Source of the DNA: a bacterium
GTDB taxonomy: Bacteria; JAMCPX01
Length of the DNA: 46,194 nucleotides
Direction: 5' to 3'
Assembly (NCBI GenBank): GCA_049966275.1
Contig: JBMFUY010000002.1
Span: 1-46,194 of the forward strand
The notes below the pieces were generated by a model, which searched no databases, was not told where the DNA came from, and saw nothing but the letters and a program-made list of their open reading frames with translations. Below, in pieces: positions 22,190 through 31,842 of the stretch; position 1 is the stretch's first letter; each line of letters opens with the position of its first letter. Position numbers and translations under genes: made by a program.

Positions 22190-23073
22190 AAAAAAATCTT
22201 TTGTTGTTGATATCCATTATAGGATATATCGTAATGTTTGGGCTATTGCCATACGTTTATGCACAGACATCAGACACAGGACAGGCTATAATACCGCCTC
22301 CAGCAGGTGGAAGTGAAACCATACAGCTACCACAGATAGAAAATCTTGAGGTTGTACCACTGACATCGCAGACCTCTGCTATTCCTGAAACACCAACATC
22401 CATTCAACCTGTACAACCTTCAGAAAACGTACCTCAACCTGCTGGTGTGGTTCCTTCGATAGGAGAGCAACCCATTACACCCATGCCTGAAGGTGCTATT
22501 CCAGGTATACCCATAACTTCTACAACAGGAGCATTACAAACCTCTCCGGTCGCACCATCTTTACAACCAGTGGAACAACAGGCACCCATGCCTGCACCCG
22601 CACCCACTGGTTTACCAGGTCCTGCACCTGTGACCGTTTCTCCGGTTTCACCTGAATTACAACCATTACAGGCAGTTACTCAAACACCAACCTCTGTTAT
22701 CCAGCCATCTGCAGAACTGCCGGTTACGCCCTCAACAACCACTACAGAAGTAACCACACCCACAATACAAACAGTTACGCCTCAGGTTCCTCAGACAGCA
22801 GTTCAAACCCCTGTTGAGGAGCAACCACAGCCTGAGAAATTAATAACAAAGCCACCCCATATTGTTCCTGGTGAGGTATTAACAGGTATGCCAGTGTACG
22901 TAAATACAGAAACCACGCATATAGTGAAACCAGGTGAGGATCTGCACTGGTTGGCTGCTATATACTATGGGGATGCAAGGTTATGGTACAAAATCTATGA
23001 TGCAAACAAAAAAGTGATCAAAAATCCAAATTATCTGGTTGTGGGAACAAAACTTGTTATTCCAGCCAGATAA
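22186..23073 (+). CDS. Secreted Pro/Thr/Gln-rich protein with a C-terminal LysM peptidoglycan-binding domain
   Basis: 295 aa. It has an N-terminal signal or anchor helix ([22 protein letters not shown]). About 200 aa of low-complexity P/T/Q/V-rich sequence follows. The C-terminal LysM is [49 protein letters not shown]. The start overlaps the upstream stop (ATGA). Confidence 0.8.
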   Translation: MKKNLLLLISIIGYIVMFGLLPYVYAQTSDTGQAIIPPPAGGSETIQLPQIENLEVVPLTSQTSAIPETPTSIQPVQPSENVPQPAGVVPSIGEQPITPMPEGAIPGIPITSTTGALQTSPVAPSLQPVEQQAPMPAPAPTGLPGPAPVTVSPVSPELQPLQAVTQTPTSVIQPSAELPVTPSTTTTEVTTPTIQTVTPQVPQTAVQTPVEEQPQPEKLITKPPHIVPGEVLTGMPVYVNTETTHIVKPGEDLHWLAAIYYGDARLWYKIYDANKKVIKNPNYLVVGTKLVIPAR

Positions 23074-23095
23074 ATATAAGGAAGGAAGTATATAC

Positions 23096-24574
23096 ATGTC
23101 TGAAGCGAATGAACATTTTTACATAACAGAGGGTTATACATTTGATGACCTGTTACTTTTGCCTGGTGAATCCAGAGTTTTGCCAAAGGATGTAAATCTT
23201 GAAACAAAACTATCAAGACATATTACACTGCGTATACCGCTTGTAAGTGCTGCAATGGATACTGTTACAGAATCAGCAACAGCAATAACAATGGCTCAAC
23301 AGGGTGGTATAGGGATTATACATAAAAATATGAGCATAAAGAAACAGGTAGAAGAGGTCCTGAAGGTAAAAAAGTATGAGAGCTATATAATTACTGATCC
23401 AGTAACCATGTCTCCTGAGAGCAAGTTAAGGGAGGCAGTTGCTTTTATGCGAAAGCACAACATCTCAGGATTACCTATAGTTAAAAATGGTAAACTTGTT
23501 GGTATATTAACCAATAGGGATATGCGGTTTGAAGATGATCTTGACAAGCCGATAAAGGATGTAATGACCAAAGGTAGACTTATTACTGCAGGAGAAAACG
23601 TTACACTTGAACAGGCTAAAAAGCTTCTTCATAAGCACAGGATAGAAAAGTTACTCGTCGTAAATAGCAAAGGTGAGCTAAAAGGACTTATCACTGTTAA
23701 AGACATTGAGAAAACCATAAAGTTCCCACTCGCAACCAAGGATAAGTTTGGCAGGTTAATGGTTGGAGCTGCACTTGGTATATCTAATGATAAAGAGGAA
23801 AGGGCTTCTGCACTTGTTAAATGTGGAGTTGACTGCCTTGTTGTTGATACTGCACATGGACATTCCAAAGGCGTTATCAATTTTGTTAGAGAGCTTAAGA
23901 ACACATATCCTGATGTAGATATTATAGCAGGAAATGTGGCAACAGAGGAAGGAACAAAGGCATTGATAGAGGCTGGTGTGGATGCAGTAAAGATAGGGGT
24001 TGGACCAGGTTCTATATGTACCACGAGGATTGTAGCCGGGATTGGTGTACCTCAGATAACTGCTATAATGAATGCTTATCGAGTGGCTAAAACAACGGAT
24101 GTACCCATTATTGCTGATGGTGGTATCAAGTTTTCAGGGGATATTACAAAGGCGATTGCAGCAGGTGCTGATTCAGTTATGATTGGGAACCTTTTTGCAG
24201 GAACTGATGAAAGCCCTGGAGAGTTTGTTTTCTTTGGTGGTAGAACCTACAAGGTTTATAGAGGTATGGGTTCAATAGAGGCAATGAAGGCAGGTTCAAA
24301 GGACAGATATGCTCAGGAATATTTAGAAGATGAAACAAAGTTTGTACCTGAAGGTATAGAGGGAAGGGTACCATACAAAGGTTCATTAGCATCTGTTATT
24401 TACCAGTTGCTTGGAGGCTTGAAAGCAGGGATGGGCTACGTTGGAGCCAGAAATATATCAGAATTAAAGCAAAAGGCTAAATTTGTAAAGATCACTTCAG
24501 CCGGGCTCAGAGAAAGTCATGTACATGATGTATCCATATCAAAAGAAGCACCCAATTATAGACTGGAATTTTAA
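23096..24574 (+). CDS. guaB: IMP dehydrogenase (with CBS pair)
   Basis: The start is moved from the ORF-track TTG at 23039 to ATG 23096, preceded by an AAGGAAGG SD. The 492-aa product has the catalytic loop [11 protein letters not shown] and a CBS insert. Confidence 0.95.
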   Translation: MSEANEHFYITEGYTFDDLLLLPGESRVLPKDVNLETKLSRHITLRIPLVSAAMDTVTESATAITMAQQGGIGIIHKNMSIKKQVEEVLKVKKYESYIITDPVTMSPESKLREAVAFMRKHNISGLPIVKNGKLVGILTNRDMRFEDDLDKPIKDVMTKGRLITAGENVTLEQAKKLLHKHRIEKLLVVNSKGELKGLITVKDIEKTIKFPLATKDKFGRLMVGAALGISNDKEERASALVKCGVDCLVVDTAHGHSKGVINFVRELKNTYPDVDIIAGNVATEEGTKALIEAGVDAVKIGVGPGSICTTRIVAGIGVPQITAIMNAYRVAKTTDVPIIADGGIKFSGDITKAIAAGADSVMIGNLFAGTDESPGEFVFFGGRTYKVYRGMGSIEAMKAGSKDRYAQEYLEDETKFVPEGIEGRVPYKGSLASVIYQLLGGLKAGMGYVGARNISELKQKAKFVKITSAGLRESHVHDVSISKEAPNYRLEF

Positions 24575-24586
24575 ACAGCAACATAT

Positions 24587-26119
24587 ATGCAGGAGTCTAT
24601 TGTAATTCTGGACTTTGGTTCTCAATACACACAGCTCATTTCACGACGCATAAGGGAGCTTGGTGTATATTCACATATTGTGCCATTTAATGTTGCCCCG
24701 GATAGGATACTGGCTTTGAATGCAAAGGGTATAATTCTATCTGGCAGCCCTTACAGTGTGTATCAAAAGGATGCTCCAAAACCAGACAATAAGCTCTTTG
24801 ACCTTGGTTTGCCTGTACTCGGCATATGCTATGGTATGCAGTACATAACATATAAGATGGGCGGTATTGTTCAGCGTTCAAAGCAAAGGGAGTATGGAAG
24901 GGCTGAAATAGAGTTAACATGCAGATCGCCCATATTTAAAGATATGTGTGAACAAACAAGACATACTGTATGGATGAGTCATTCGGATCGTATTGAAAAG
25001 ATACCAGAAGATTTTGAGGTAATAGCATCATCCCTTAACTCTCCTGTTGCTGCTTTCCAGCATAAAGTCAAACCCATATTTGGTTTACAATTCCATCCTG
25101 AAGTCTCTCATACAGTGGATGGCAGACGTATCCTTGAAAACTTTATAAAATTCTGTAATATAACCCAGAGATGGGATCTCAGTGAGTTTATAGAAACAAC
25201 CGTTAAGGAGATAAGAGAAAAGGTTGGTAATGATCTGGTTATAGGTGCTATAAGCGGTGGTGTTGATTCAGCAGTTGCCTCTGTCCTGACAAAACGTGCA
25301 ATAGGTGATAACCTTAAGCTTGTGTTTATAAATAATGGTTTACTAAGACAGGGTGAACAAGAGGAAGTAATGGCAGCATTCAAAACAATGGGGTTAAATG
25401 TGAAGTATATAGATGCCTCCAGGTTTTTTTTAACAAGACTGAAGGGTGTTACAAATCCTGAAAAGAAAAGAAAGATCATAGGTAAAACATTCGTGGAAGT
25501 ATTTGAAAAACACGCATCAAACAAAAAATTCAAATGGCTACTTCAGGGCACGCTTTACCCTGATGTTATAGAAAGTACTTCTTATGTTGGTCCTTCGCAA
25601 ACCATCAAAAGCCATCATAACGTTGGTGGCTTACCTTCAAGAATGAGACTGAAAACGCTTGAACCGTTAAGATTATTATTTAAAGATGAAGTAAGAAGCA
25701 TTGGTAGACTGCTTGATATGCCAGAAAGCATTCTTAACAGACAGCCATTCCCTGGTCCGGGGCTGGGTATAAGGATACTTGGAGAAATTACGCCACAACG
25801 TATTGATATTTTGAGAAAGGCGGATCTCATAGTCAGAACAGAGATAGAAAAATCCTCTTTACATTCAACATTATGGCAGTACTTTGCAGTGTTGCTACCA
25901 TTGAAAACAGTGGGTATAATGGGCGATGAAAGAACATACGAGTATGTCATAGCCATCAGAGCAGTTAACAGTAATGATGCAATGACAGCTGACTGGGCAA
26001 GATTACCATATGAGCTTATGGATAGATTATCTTCAAGGATCATCAACGAGGTTGTGGGTGTAAACAGGGTGGTTTATGATATCAGCTCAAAGCCGCCGAG
26101 CACTATAGAATGGGAGTAG
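24587..26119 (+). CDS. guaA: GMP synthase (glutamine-hydrolysing)
   Basis: 510 aa. Motifs are the GATase domain GICYGMQ, the ATP-PPase P-loop SGGVDSAV, and the C-terminal [10 protein letters not shown]. Confidence 0.96.
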   Translation: MQESIVILDFGSQYTQLISRRIRELGVYSHIVPFNVAPDRILALNAKGIILSGSPYSVYQKDAPKPDNKLFDLGLPVLGICYGMQYITYKMGGIVQRSKQREYGRAEIELTCRSPIFKDMCEQTRHTVWMSHSDRIEKIPEDFEVIASSLNSPVAAFQHKVKPIFGLQFHPEVSHTVDGRRILENFIKFCNITQRWDLSEFIETTVKEIREKVGNDLVIGAISGGVDSAVASVLTKRAIGDNLKLVFINNGLLRQGEQEEVMAAFKTMGLNVKYIDASRFFLTRLKGVTNPEKKRKIIGKTFVEVFEKHASNKKFKWLLQGTLYPDVIESTSYVGPSQTIKSHHNVGGLPSRMRLKTLEPLRLLFKDEVRSIGRLLDMPESILNRQPFPGPGLGIRILGEITPQRIDILRKADLIVRTEIEKSSLHSTLWQYFAVLLPLKTVGIMGDERTYEYVIAIRAVNSNDAMTADWARLPYELMDRLSSRIINEVVGVNRVVYDISSKPPSTIEWE

Positions 26120-26123
26120 CATA

Positions 26124-29100
26124 ATGGGAACTCCGTATAGCTTTGTCCATCTTCATTTACATACACAGTATAGCCTGCTTGATGGGGCTGTTCATATTGA
26201 CAGGCTTGCTGAGAGACTTAAGACGTATGGTATGACGTCTGTTGCAATGACGGATCACGGTAATATTTTTGGTGCAATAGATTTTTACATAAAGATGAGA
26301 GAAAAGGGTATAAAACCCATCATAGGTGTAGAGATATATATAACAGAGGATCATAAAAATAAGGGCGTAAATTCTGATCTGTACCATTTAATACTACTCG
26401 CAAAGGATCAAACAGGTTACAAAAACCTCTTAAAGTTGACCAGTATAGCCCATACTGATGGTTTTTATGTAAAACCAAGGATTGATAAAGCCCTGCTTGC
26501 AGATTATCATAATGGCTTAATAGCTATGTCTGCATGCCTGCACGGGGAGATACCATCCAAACTTTTATCAGGTAATGCAGCCGGGGCTATAAAAGCGGTT
26601 GAAGAGTACAGGGAAATATTCAAAGATGATTTTTTCCTCGAGGTTCAATCCAATGGTATTAAAGAGCAGTTTGCAGTGAATAACGCTATTTACGATATTT
26701 CAAAGAACTTTCATATACCTGTAGTGGCAACGAACGATGTTCATTACCTTGATAGATCAGATGCAAAAGCACACGATGTACTGTTGTGTATTCAAACAAA
26801 AAAGAAACTAACAGATGCCAACAGGATGAGGTTTTCCACTCAAGAATTGTACCTTAAGACACAGGAAGAGATGGCAAAAGAATTTGCCTCTCATCCTGAG
26901 GCACTTGAATCAACATGGGAGATAGCCAATAGATGTAATGTTGAGATAGAGATAGGCAAGTTTCATTTCCCAAAGATAAGTTTTAATACAGATAAGAGTT
27001 ATGATGAAATATTACGTGAATTTGCTGTTGCAGGATTAAAAGAGCTTATTCAAAAGCATCCCTACATGAAGGAAAAAGAACAGGAATACTGGAATAGATT
27101 GGAATTGGAACTTGAAACGATCAAACAAACAAACTTCTCAAGCTACTTTTTGATAGTAAGAGATATTATTCAGTACGCAAAGGCACACAATATACCAACA
27201 GGTCCTGGCAGGGGTTCTGCAGCAGGAAGCCTCGTCGCCTATGCTATAGGAATTATAGGAATAGACCCTATAAAGTACGGTTTGTATTTTGAACGTTTTT
27301 TAAATAAAAGCCGTATCAGCCTGCCAGATATTGATATGGACTTTTCAGCAGATAGGGTTGATGAGGTTGTAGATTACCTGAAGAACAAATATGGAGCCAA
27401 TAAGGTTGCACGTATTACATCATTTCACCCTTTACAATCAAGGGTGGTTGTAAAGGATGTCGGAAGGGTGCTTGATATTCCCTACAGTACGGTTGATGGT
27501 CTGACGAAGCTGATCCCACAAAAGATGCCGCTTGAAGATGCAATAAAGATTATTCCACAGTTAAGCGAGATGAGTAAGAAAGACGAAAAGATAAAAGAAA
27601 TGCTTGATATAGCTTTAAAACTTGAAGGGCTCCTGAGGGATAAATCCTTACATGCAAGTGGGGTTGTAATTTCTGATAAGCCCCTTGATGAGTATTTACC
27701 GCTTTATAAAGATAAGACTGGAAACATTGTTACAGGATATGAATGGAAGTATGTTGAGAAGGTTGGACTTATAAAATTTGATCTACTTGCACTTGCAACA
27801 CTTACTGTTATTGATGAAACAAAACGGCTTGTAAAAAAACATCGCAATGAAGACGTAGACCTTAACAACATAGACCTTGAGGATGAGAAACTTTATGAGG
27901 CAATGCAGAGGGGTGATAGCGTTGGATTGTTTCAGCTGGAAAGTACAGGTATGCAAAATACCCTGAAAAAGATCAAGCCTTCAAAGTTTGAAGATATTTT
28001 AGCGGTTAATGCCATATACAGACCAGGGCCAATGGCATGGATAGATGAGTTTGTAAAAAATAAAGAGAAAGGTTCAGCGTCACACAAGTTTAAAGCATTG
28101 AATGATATTCTGAAGGATACGTACGGTGTTATCCTGTTTCAGGAACAGGTTATGAAAATAGCAAGTGAGATCGCGGGTTTTAGCCTTGAAGAAGCTGATT
28201 ATGTGAGAAAGGTAATTTCAAAAAAGGAAGAGGAGAACCTTCCTATCCTTCATAAAAAATTCGTGGATGGTGCTGTTAAAAAAGGAGTAAAAAAGGCAGA
28301 TGCAGAAGAGTTGTTCTCACAGTTGAGAAGCTTTGCAGAATATGCATTTAATAAATCCCACAGTGCTGCGTACGCGCTTGTCGCTATATGGACTGCCTAT
28401 CTTAAAACATACTACACTATAGAGTTCATGACTGCCACGCTTTCCAATATTGCTACAAAACAAAGTCAAAAAACAGCAAAACTACCACACTATGTTAATT
28501 ATTGCAGAAAAGTGGGAATAAATATTTTGGGACCTGATATAAATAAATCTCAAAGAAATTTTTCTATAGAGGACAACAACATCAGATTTGGATTCATAGG
28601 TATTAAAAATATTGGAGATGCTGCAATAGATGCCATAATAAATGCAAGAAAAGATGGGCCATTTGAATCTCTCTCAGATTTCTTAGCACGTGTGGATCAA
28701 TCAAAGGTGAATAAAAAGGTTGTGGAGAGCCTTATCAAGGCTGGTGCTTTTGATTACACAGGTAAAAAAAGGGCTGAGATGTTTAATTCTCTGGATAGAT
28801 TGTACGCGGTATCTGCTAAAACTATAGGTCAGAATGAATTATTTAAACCTGACACAGTGGCATTTTATGCCAGTAAAGAAGAACAACAGGAATGGACAGA
28901 GCTTGAAAAGCTCTCTTATGAAAAGGAATTGCTGGATGTTTATATCTCTGGAACACCACTCAACAATTACGAAAAGGAACTTAAGCAATTTACCGATACA
29001 AGTTTAGGTGAACTTATTGAAAAGGAGGGGCAAACAGTTACTGTTGGTGGTATGCTTACATCTGTAAAAGAGAACAAGGTAAAAAAGAGTGGACAATCCA

Positions 29101-29567
29101 TGGCTTTCGCAGTTCTTTCAGACGAGGAAAATGCTGTTGAGGTTGTGATATTTTCCAGCCTCTATGCCAGCGTTTTGAATGTGATAAAAGGGAATAAACC
29201 TGTAATTGTTAAAGGGGTTGTTAAAATAGAGGAACAGGAGAATGATAGCGATACAGAGGATAATCGGATAGTGAAGATCATAGCGGAAAAGATCTTTTCA
29301 ATAGATCAGGCTTTACCCAATCTCATACAGGAGGTTCATATAGAGGCTGACTTTGGTTCACTAACCGAGGATAGCATGAATTTGATCCGTGATTGTCTCA
29401 TGAGGTACAGAGGAAATGCAAAAGTAATTTTTGATTACATAAAAGAGAATAAAAAGAAATATATTATAGAACTACCGGATTACCTGAACATAATGCCAGA
29501 TGAAAGATTATTTGCTGAGATTAGAAGTATAATAACAGATGCCAGAATATACTATAATAGGCAATAA
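26124..29567 (+). CDS. dnaE: DNA polymerase III alpha subunit
   Basis: 1147 aa. It has the N-terminal PHP domain FVHLHLHTQYSLLDGA, a polymerase core (PDIDMDF) and a C-terminal OB-fold region. Confidence 0.96.
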   Translation: MGTPYSFVHLHLHTQYSLLDGAVHIDRLAERLKTYGMTSVAMTDHGNIFGAIDFYIKMREKGIKPIIGVEIYITEDHKNKGVNSDLYHLILLAKDQTGYKNLLKLTSIAHTDGFYVKPRIDKALLADYHNGLIAMSACLHGEIPSKLLSGNAAGAIKAVEEYREIFKDDFFLEVQSNGIKEQFAVNNAIYDISKNFHIPVVATNDVHYLDRSDAKAHDVLLCIQTKKKLTDANRMRFSTQELYLKTQEEMAKEFASHPEALESTWEIANRCNVEIEIGKFHFPKISFNTDKSYDEILREFAVAGLKELIQKHPYMKEKEQEYWNRLELELETIKQTNFSSYFLIVRDIIQYAKAHNIPTGPGRGSAAGSLVAYAIGIIGIDPIKYGLYFERFLNKSRISLPDIDMDFSADRVDEVVDYLKNKYGANKVARITSFHPLQSRVVVKDVGRVLDIPYSTVDGLTKLIPQKMPLEDAIKIIPQLSEMSKKDEKIKEMLDIALKLEGLLRDKSLHASGVVISDKPLDEYLPLYKDKTGNIVTGYEWKYVEKVGLIKFDLLALATLTVIDETKRLVKKHRNEDVDLNNIDLEDEKLYEAMQRGDSVGLFQLESTGMQNTLKKIKPSKFEDILAVNAIYRPGPMAWIDEFVKNKEKGSASHKFKALNDILKDTYGVILFQEQVMKIASEIAGFSLEEADYVRKVISKKEEENLPILHKKFVDGAVKKGVKKADAEELFSQLRSFAEYAFNKSHSAAYALVAIWTAYLKTYYTIEFMTATLSNIATKQSQKTAKLPHYVNYCRKVGINILGPDINKSQRNFSIEDNNIRFGFIGIKNIGDAAIDAIINARKDGPFESLSDFLARVDQSKVNKKVVESLIKAGAFDYTGKKRAEMFNSLDRLYAVSAKTIGQNELFKPDTVAFYASKEEQQEWTELEKLSYEKELLDVYISGTPLNNYEKELKQFTDTSLGELIEKEGQTVTVGGMLTSVKENKVKKSGQSMAFAVLSDEENAVEVVIFSSLYASVLNVIKGNKPVIVKGVVKIEEQENDSDTEDNRIVKIIAEKIFSIDQALPNLIQEVHIEADFGSLTEDSMNLIRDCLMRYRGNAKVIFDYIKENKKKYIIELPDYLNIMPDERLFAEIRSIITDARIYYNRQ

Positions 29568-29577
29568 TGGAGGGTTT

Positions 29578-29856
29578 ATGACCAGAATAGGAGAGTTTCA
29601 GAAAAACAAAGTTAACAATGGTACAAAGGCTATAGCAGAGACTAACACTCATAAAAATTCGCCCATCAATATTCAGGATCAACTTTTAAACCAGTTGAGA
29701 AGGGATAAGACCACAGTTTCTATTGAGCTGTTATCAGGAACAGTTGTCCAGGGAGTAATAACTGGATTTGACAGTTACTCAATCATGCTTGAAAATCCGG
29801 AAAAACAGCTTATCTATAAGCACGGGATAGTGCTCATAAGGTGGAGTGCATCTTGA
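29578..29856 (+). CDS. hfq: RNA chaperone Hfq with a ~33-aa N-terminal extension
   Basis: ATG 29578 is preceded by a GGAGGG SD at 29569-29574. The Sm core is IQDQLLNQLRRDKTTVSIELLSGTVVQGVITGFDSYSIMLENPEKQLIYKHGI. No in-frame ATG, GTG or TTG lies between 29578 and the Sm1 helix. The gene is followed by hflX, as in many bacteria. Confidence 0.85.
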   Translation: MTRIGEFQKNKVNNGTKAIAETNTHKNSPINIQDQLLNQLRRDKTTVSIELLSGTVVQGVITGFDSYSIMLENPEKQLIYKHGIVLIRWSAS

Positions 29857-30992
29857 AAGACACACGCGACAGGGTGCTGGCTGTACACGTAATCATGGGA
29901 AAAGAATCAAATGCTGAGATCTCTCAGCACATAGCTGAACTTATTTCACTTATCAATACAGATGGCGGAAATGTTGTGGAAACAATTGTCCAGAGGATAA
30001 GGGCGCCCCGTAGTTCTACACTGTTTGGACCCGGCCAGATTCAGACAATAAATGAGGCTGCTAAAAGATGTAATGCTGATGTTGTGGTGTTGAATACAGA
30101 GTTGAGCCCCCAGCAGCAGAGGAATATAGAGACCATGGTGGAGAAGAGGATCATAGATAGAACGAGGTTAATAATAGATATTTTTGCGAAACATGCACAC
30201 TCCAGGGAAGGCAAGCTCGAAGTAGAAGAGGCTCTGCTTAGATACATGCTACCAAGACTAACAGGTAAAGGTATAGTAATGTCCCAAACAGGTGGTGGGG
30301 TAGGAACCAGAGGCCCTGGTGAAACCAAATTAGAAATGGATAGAAGAAAAATAAAGGATAGGTTAAAGAAGATCAAACAGCTTATGGAGGCAGTCAGGAC
30401 CCAGAGGTTGACTCAACAGAGTAAACGCATAAAATTTGATATACCGGTTGTTTCGCTTGTTGGTTATACCAGCGCCGGTAAATCAACACTACTCAATACG
30501 CTTACAAAATCCTTTGTAAAAACAGACGAAGAATTGTTTACAACCCTGGATCCGATTTCAAGAAGGCTTTATTTCGAAAATGGTGTTTATGCGATTATTA
30601 CAGACACTGTCGGGTTTATAGATAGACTTCCTATTCAGCTCATAAAGGCATTCAGAACCACGTTAGAGGACGTTTCCAATGCAGATCTCCTTCTTCTTGT
30701 TATTGATATTTCAAAACCTGATTACGAAAATGACATAAAGATTGTTATGGATGTGCTGGAAGAAATAAGTACAGACAAAAAACCTATAATTTATGTTTTT
30801 AACAAAATAGACAAACTGGATCCTGCTGTTTCCCTGAGGAACCTAACAAATAAATATGAGAAAAGTATATGTGTATCAGCAATAAATGGAACAGGTATAG
30901 AAGCATTAAAAAGTATGATATTAAGTGAATTAACACTTTTAAAGCATACAGACGTATCAGAAGGGACATATGAATTATATAGAGTTGTTTAA
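29841..30992 (+). CDS. hflX: GTPase HflX
   Basis: 383 aa from GTG 29841, with an alternative TTG start at 29853. It has the HflX N-domain, G1 GYTSAGKST and G4 NKID. It overlaps the hfq 3' end. Confidence 0.9.
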   Translation: MECILKDTRDRVLAVHVIMGKESNAEISQHIAELISLINTDGGNVVETIVQRIRAPRSSTLFGPGQIQTINEAAKRCNADVVVLNTELSPQQQRNIETMVEKRIIDRTRLIIDIFAKHAHSREGKLEVEEALLRYMLPRLTGKGIVMSQTGGGVGTRGPGETKLEMDRRKIKDRLKKIKQLMEAVRTQRLTQQSKRIKFDIPVVSLVGYTSAGKSTLLNTLTKSFVKTDEELFTTLDPISRRLYFENGVYAIITDTVGFIDRLPIQLIKAFRTTLEDVSNADLLLLVIDISKPDYENDIKIVMDVLEEISTDKKPIIYVFNKIDKLDPAVSLRNLTNKYEKSICVSAINGTGIEALKSMILSELTLLKHTDVSEGTYELYRVV

Positions 30993-31833
30993 AAAATATT
31001 CATGGTTGATCAACATCCTCTTATTGATTCCTGTTTCATATCTTATGGCATCTTTTACAGCCTCGTATATAAGATCAAAATTGTTTGTGCTTCCTGCTAT
31101 CAACAGTAGTGGTAGCATTGAGCAAAAGATAGCTCTTCCGAGTATAAAAAAAGAACAAAAATACTATCAGATTATTATAGAAAGAAATATCTTCAATTCA
31201 TCAGCAAACAACCTTGAAGCACTTGCCAGCGGAAATGCAGGACCTGTTTACAAAAGTAATCTAAACGCTAAACTGCTTGGAACTGTTGCCGGTTCACCTG
31301 AGTATGCTTATGCTGTAATACAGCTTAACAACGATGTAAATGTGTACAGGGTAAAAGATTCTATTGGTGGTGCTATTGTTATTGCAATAGAAAGAAAAAA
31401 GGTGATCTTATTGCACAATGGTGCTAAAGAAGAATTAAGTATGTATGAAGAGGGAAATCAGGGTGTTGAAAATGTACCCTCAATGGGTGGATACAATATA
31501 CAGAAGGTTGGACAGAGTAGCTATGTAATACCTGAAAGCCAGTTCAAGTCAGCCACACAGAATATGGGTGAGTTGCTTACGCAGGCAAGGGTTGTACCGA
31601 ATATAGAGGGCAATAAGATAAATGGTTACAGGATATTTGCTATAACGCCAGGAAGTATCTATGCAAACATAGGCTTACAGGATGGAGATGTGATCCATAG
31701 TGTGAATGGGATTCAGGTAACAACACCTGAGAGTGCGTTACAGCTTTTTCAACAATTACAAAATGAAAGACGATTTACATTAAATATTGATAGAAATGGA
31801 CAGCCAATGACATTAAATTATACAGTTCAGTAA
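30970..31833 (+). CDS. gspC: Type II secretion system protein C (TM anchor plus PDZ)
   Basis: 287 aa. It has an N-terminal TM helix and a C-terminal PDZ region (GYRIFAITPGSIYANIGLQDGDVIHSVNG). It sits directly upstream of the secretin. Confidence 0.75.
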   Translation: MNYIELFKKYSWLINILLLIPVSYLMASFTASYIRSKLFVLPAINSSGSIEQKIALPSIKKEQKYYQIIIERNIFNSSANNLEALASGNAGPVYKSNLNAKLLGTVAGSPEYAYAVIQLNNDVNVYRVKDSIGGAIVIAIERKKVILLHNGAKEELSMYEEGNQGVENVPSMGGYNIQKVGQSSYVIPESQFKSATQNMGELLTQARVVPNIEGNKINGYRIFAITPGSIYANIGLQDGDVIHSVNGIQVTTPESALQLFQQLQNERRFTLNIDRNGQPMTLNYTVQ

Positions 31834-31842
31834 AGGTGGCAA

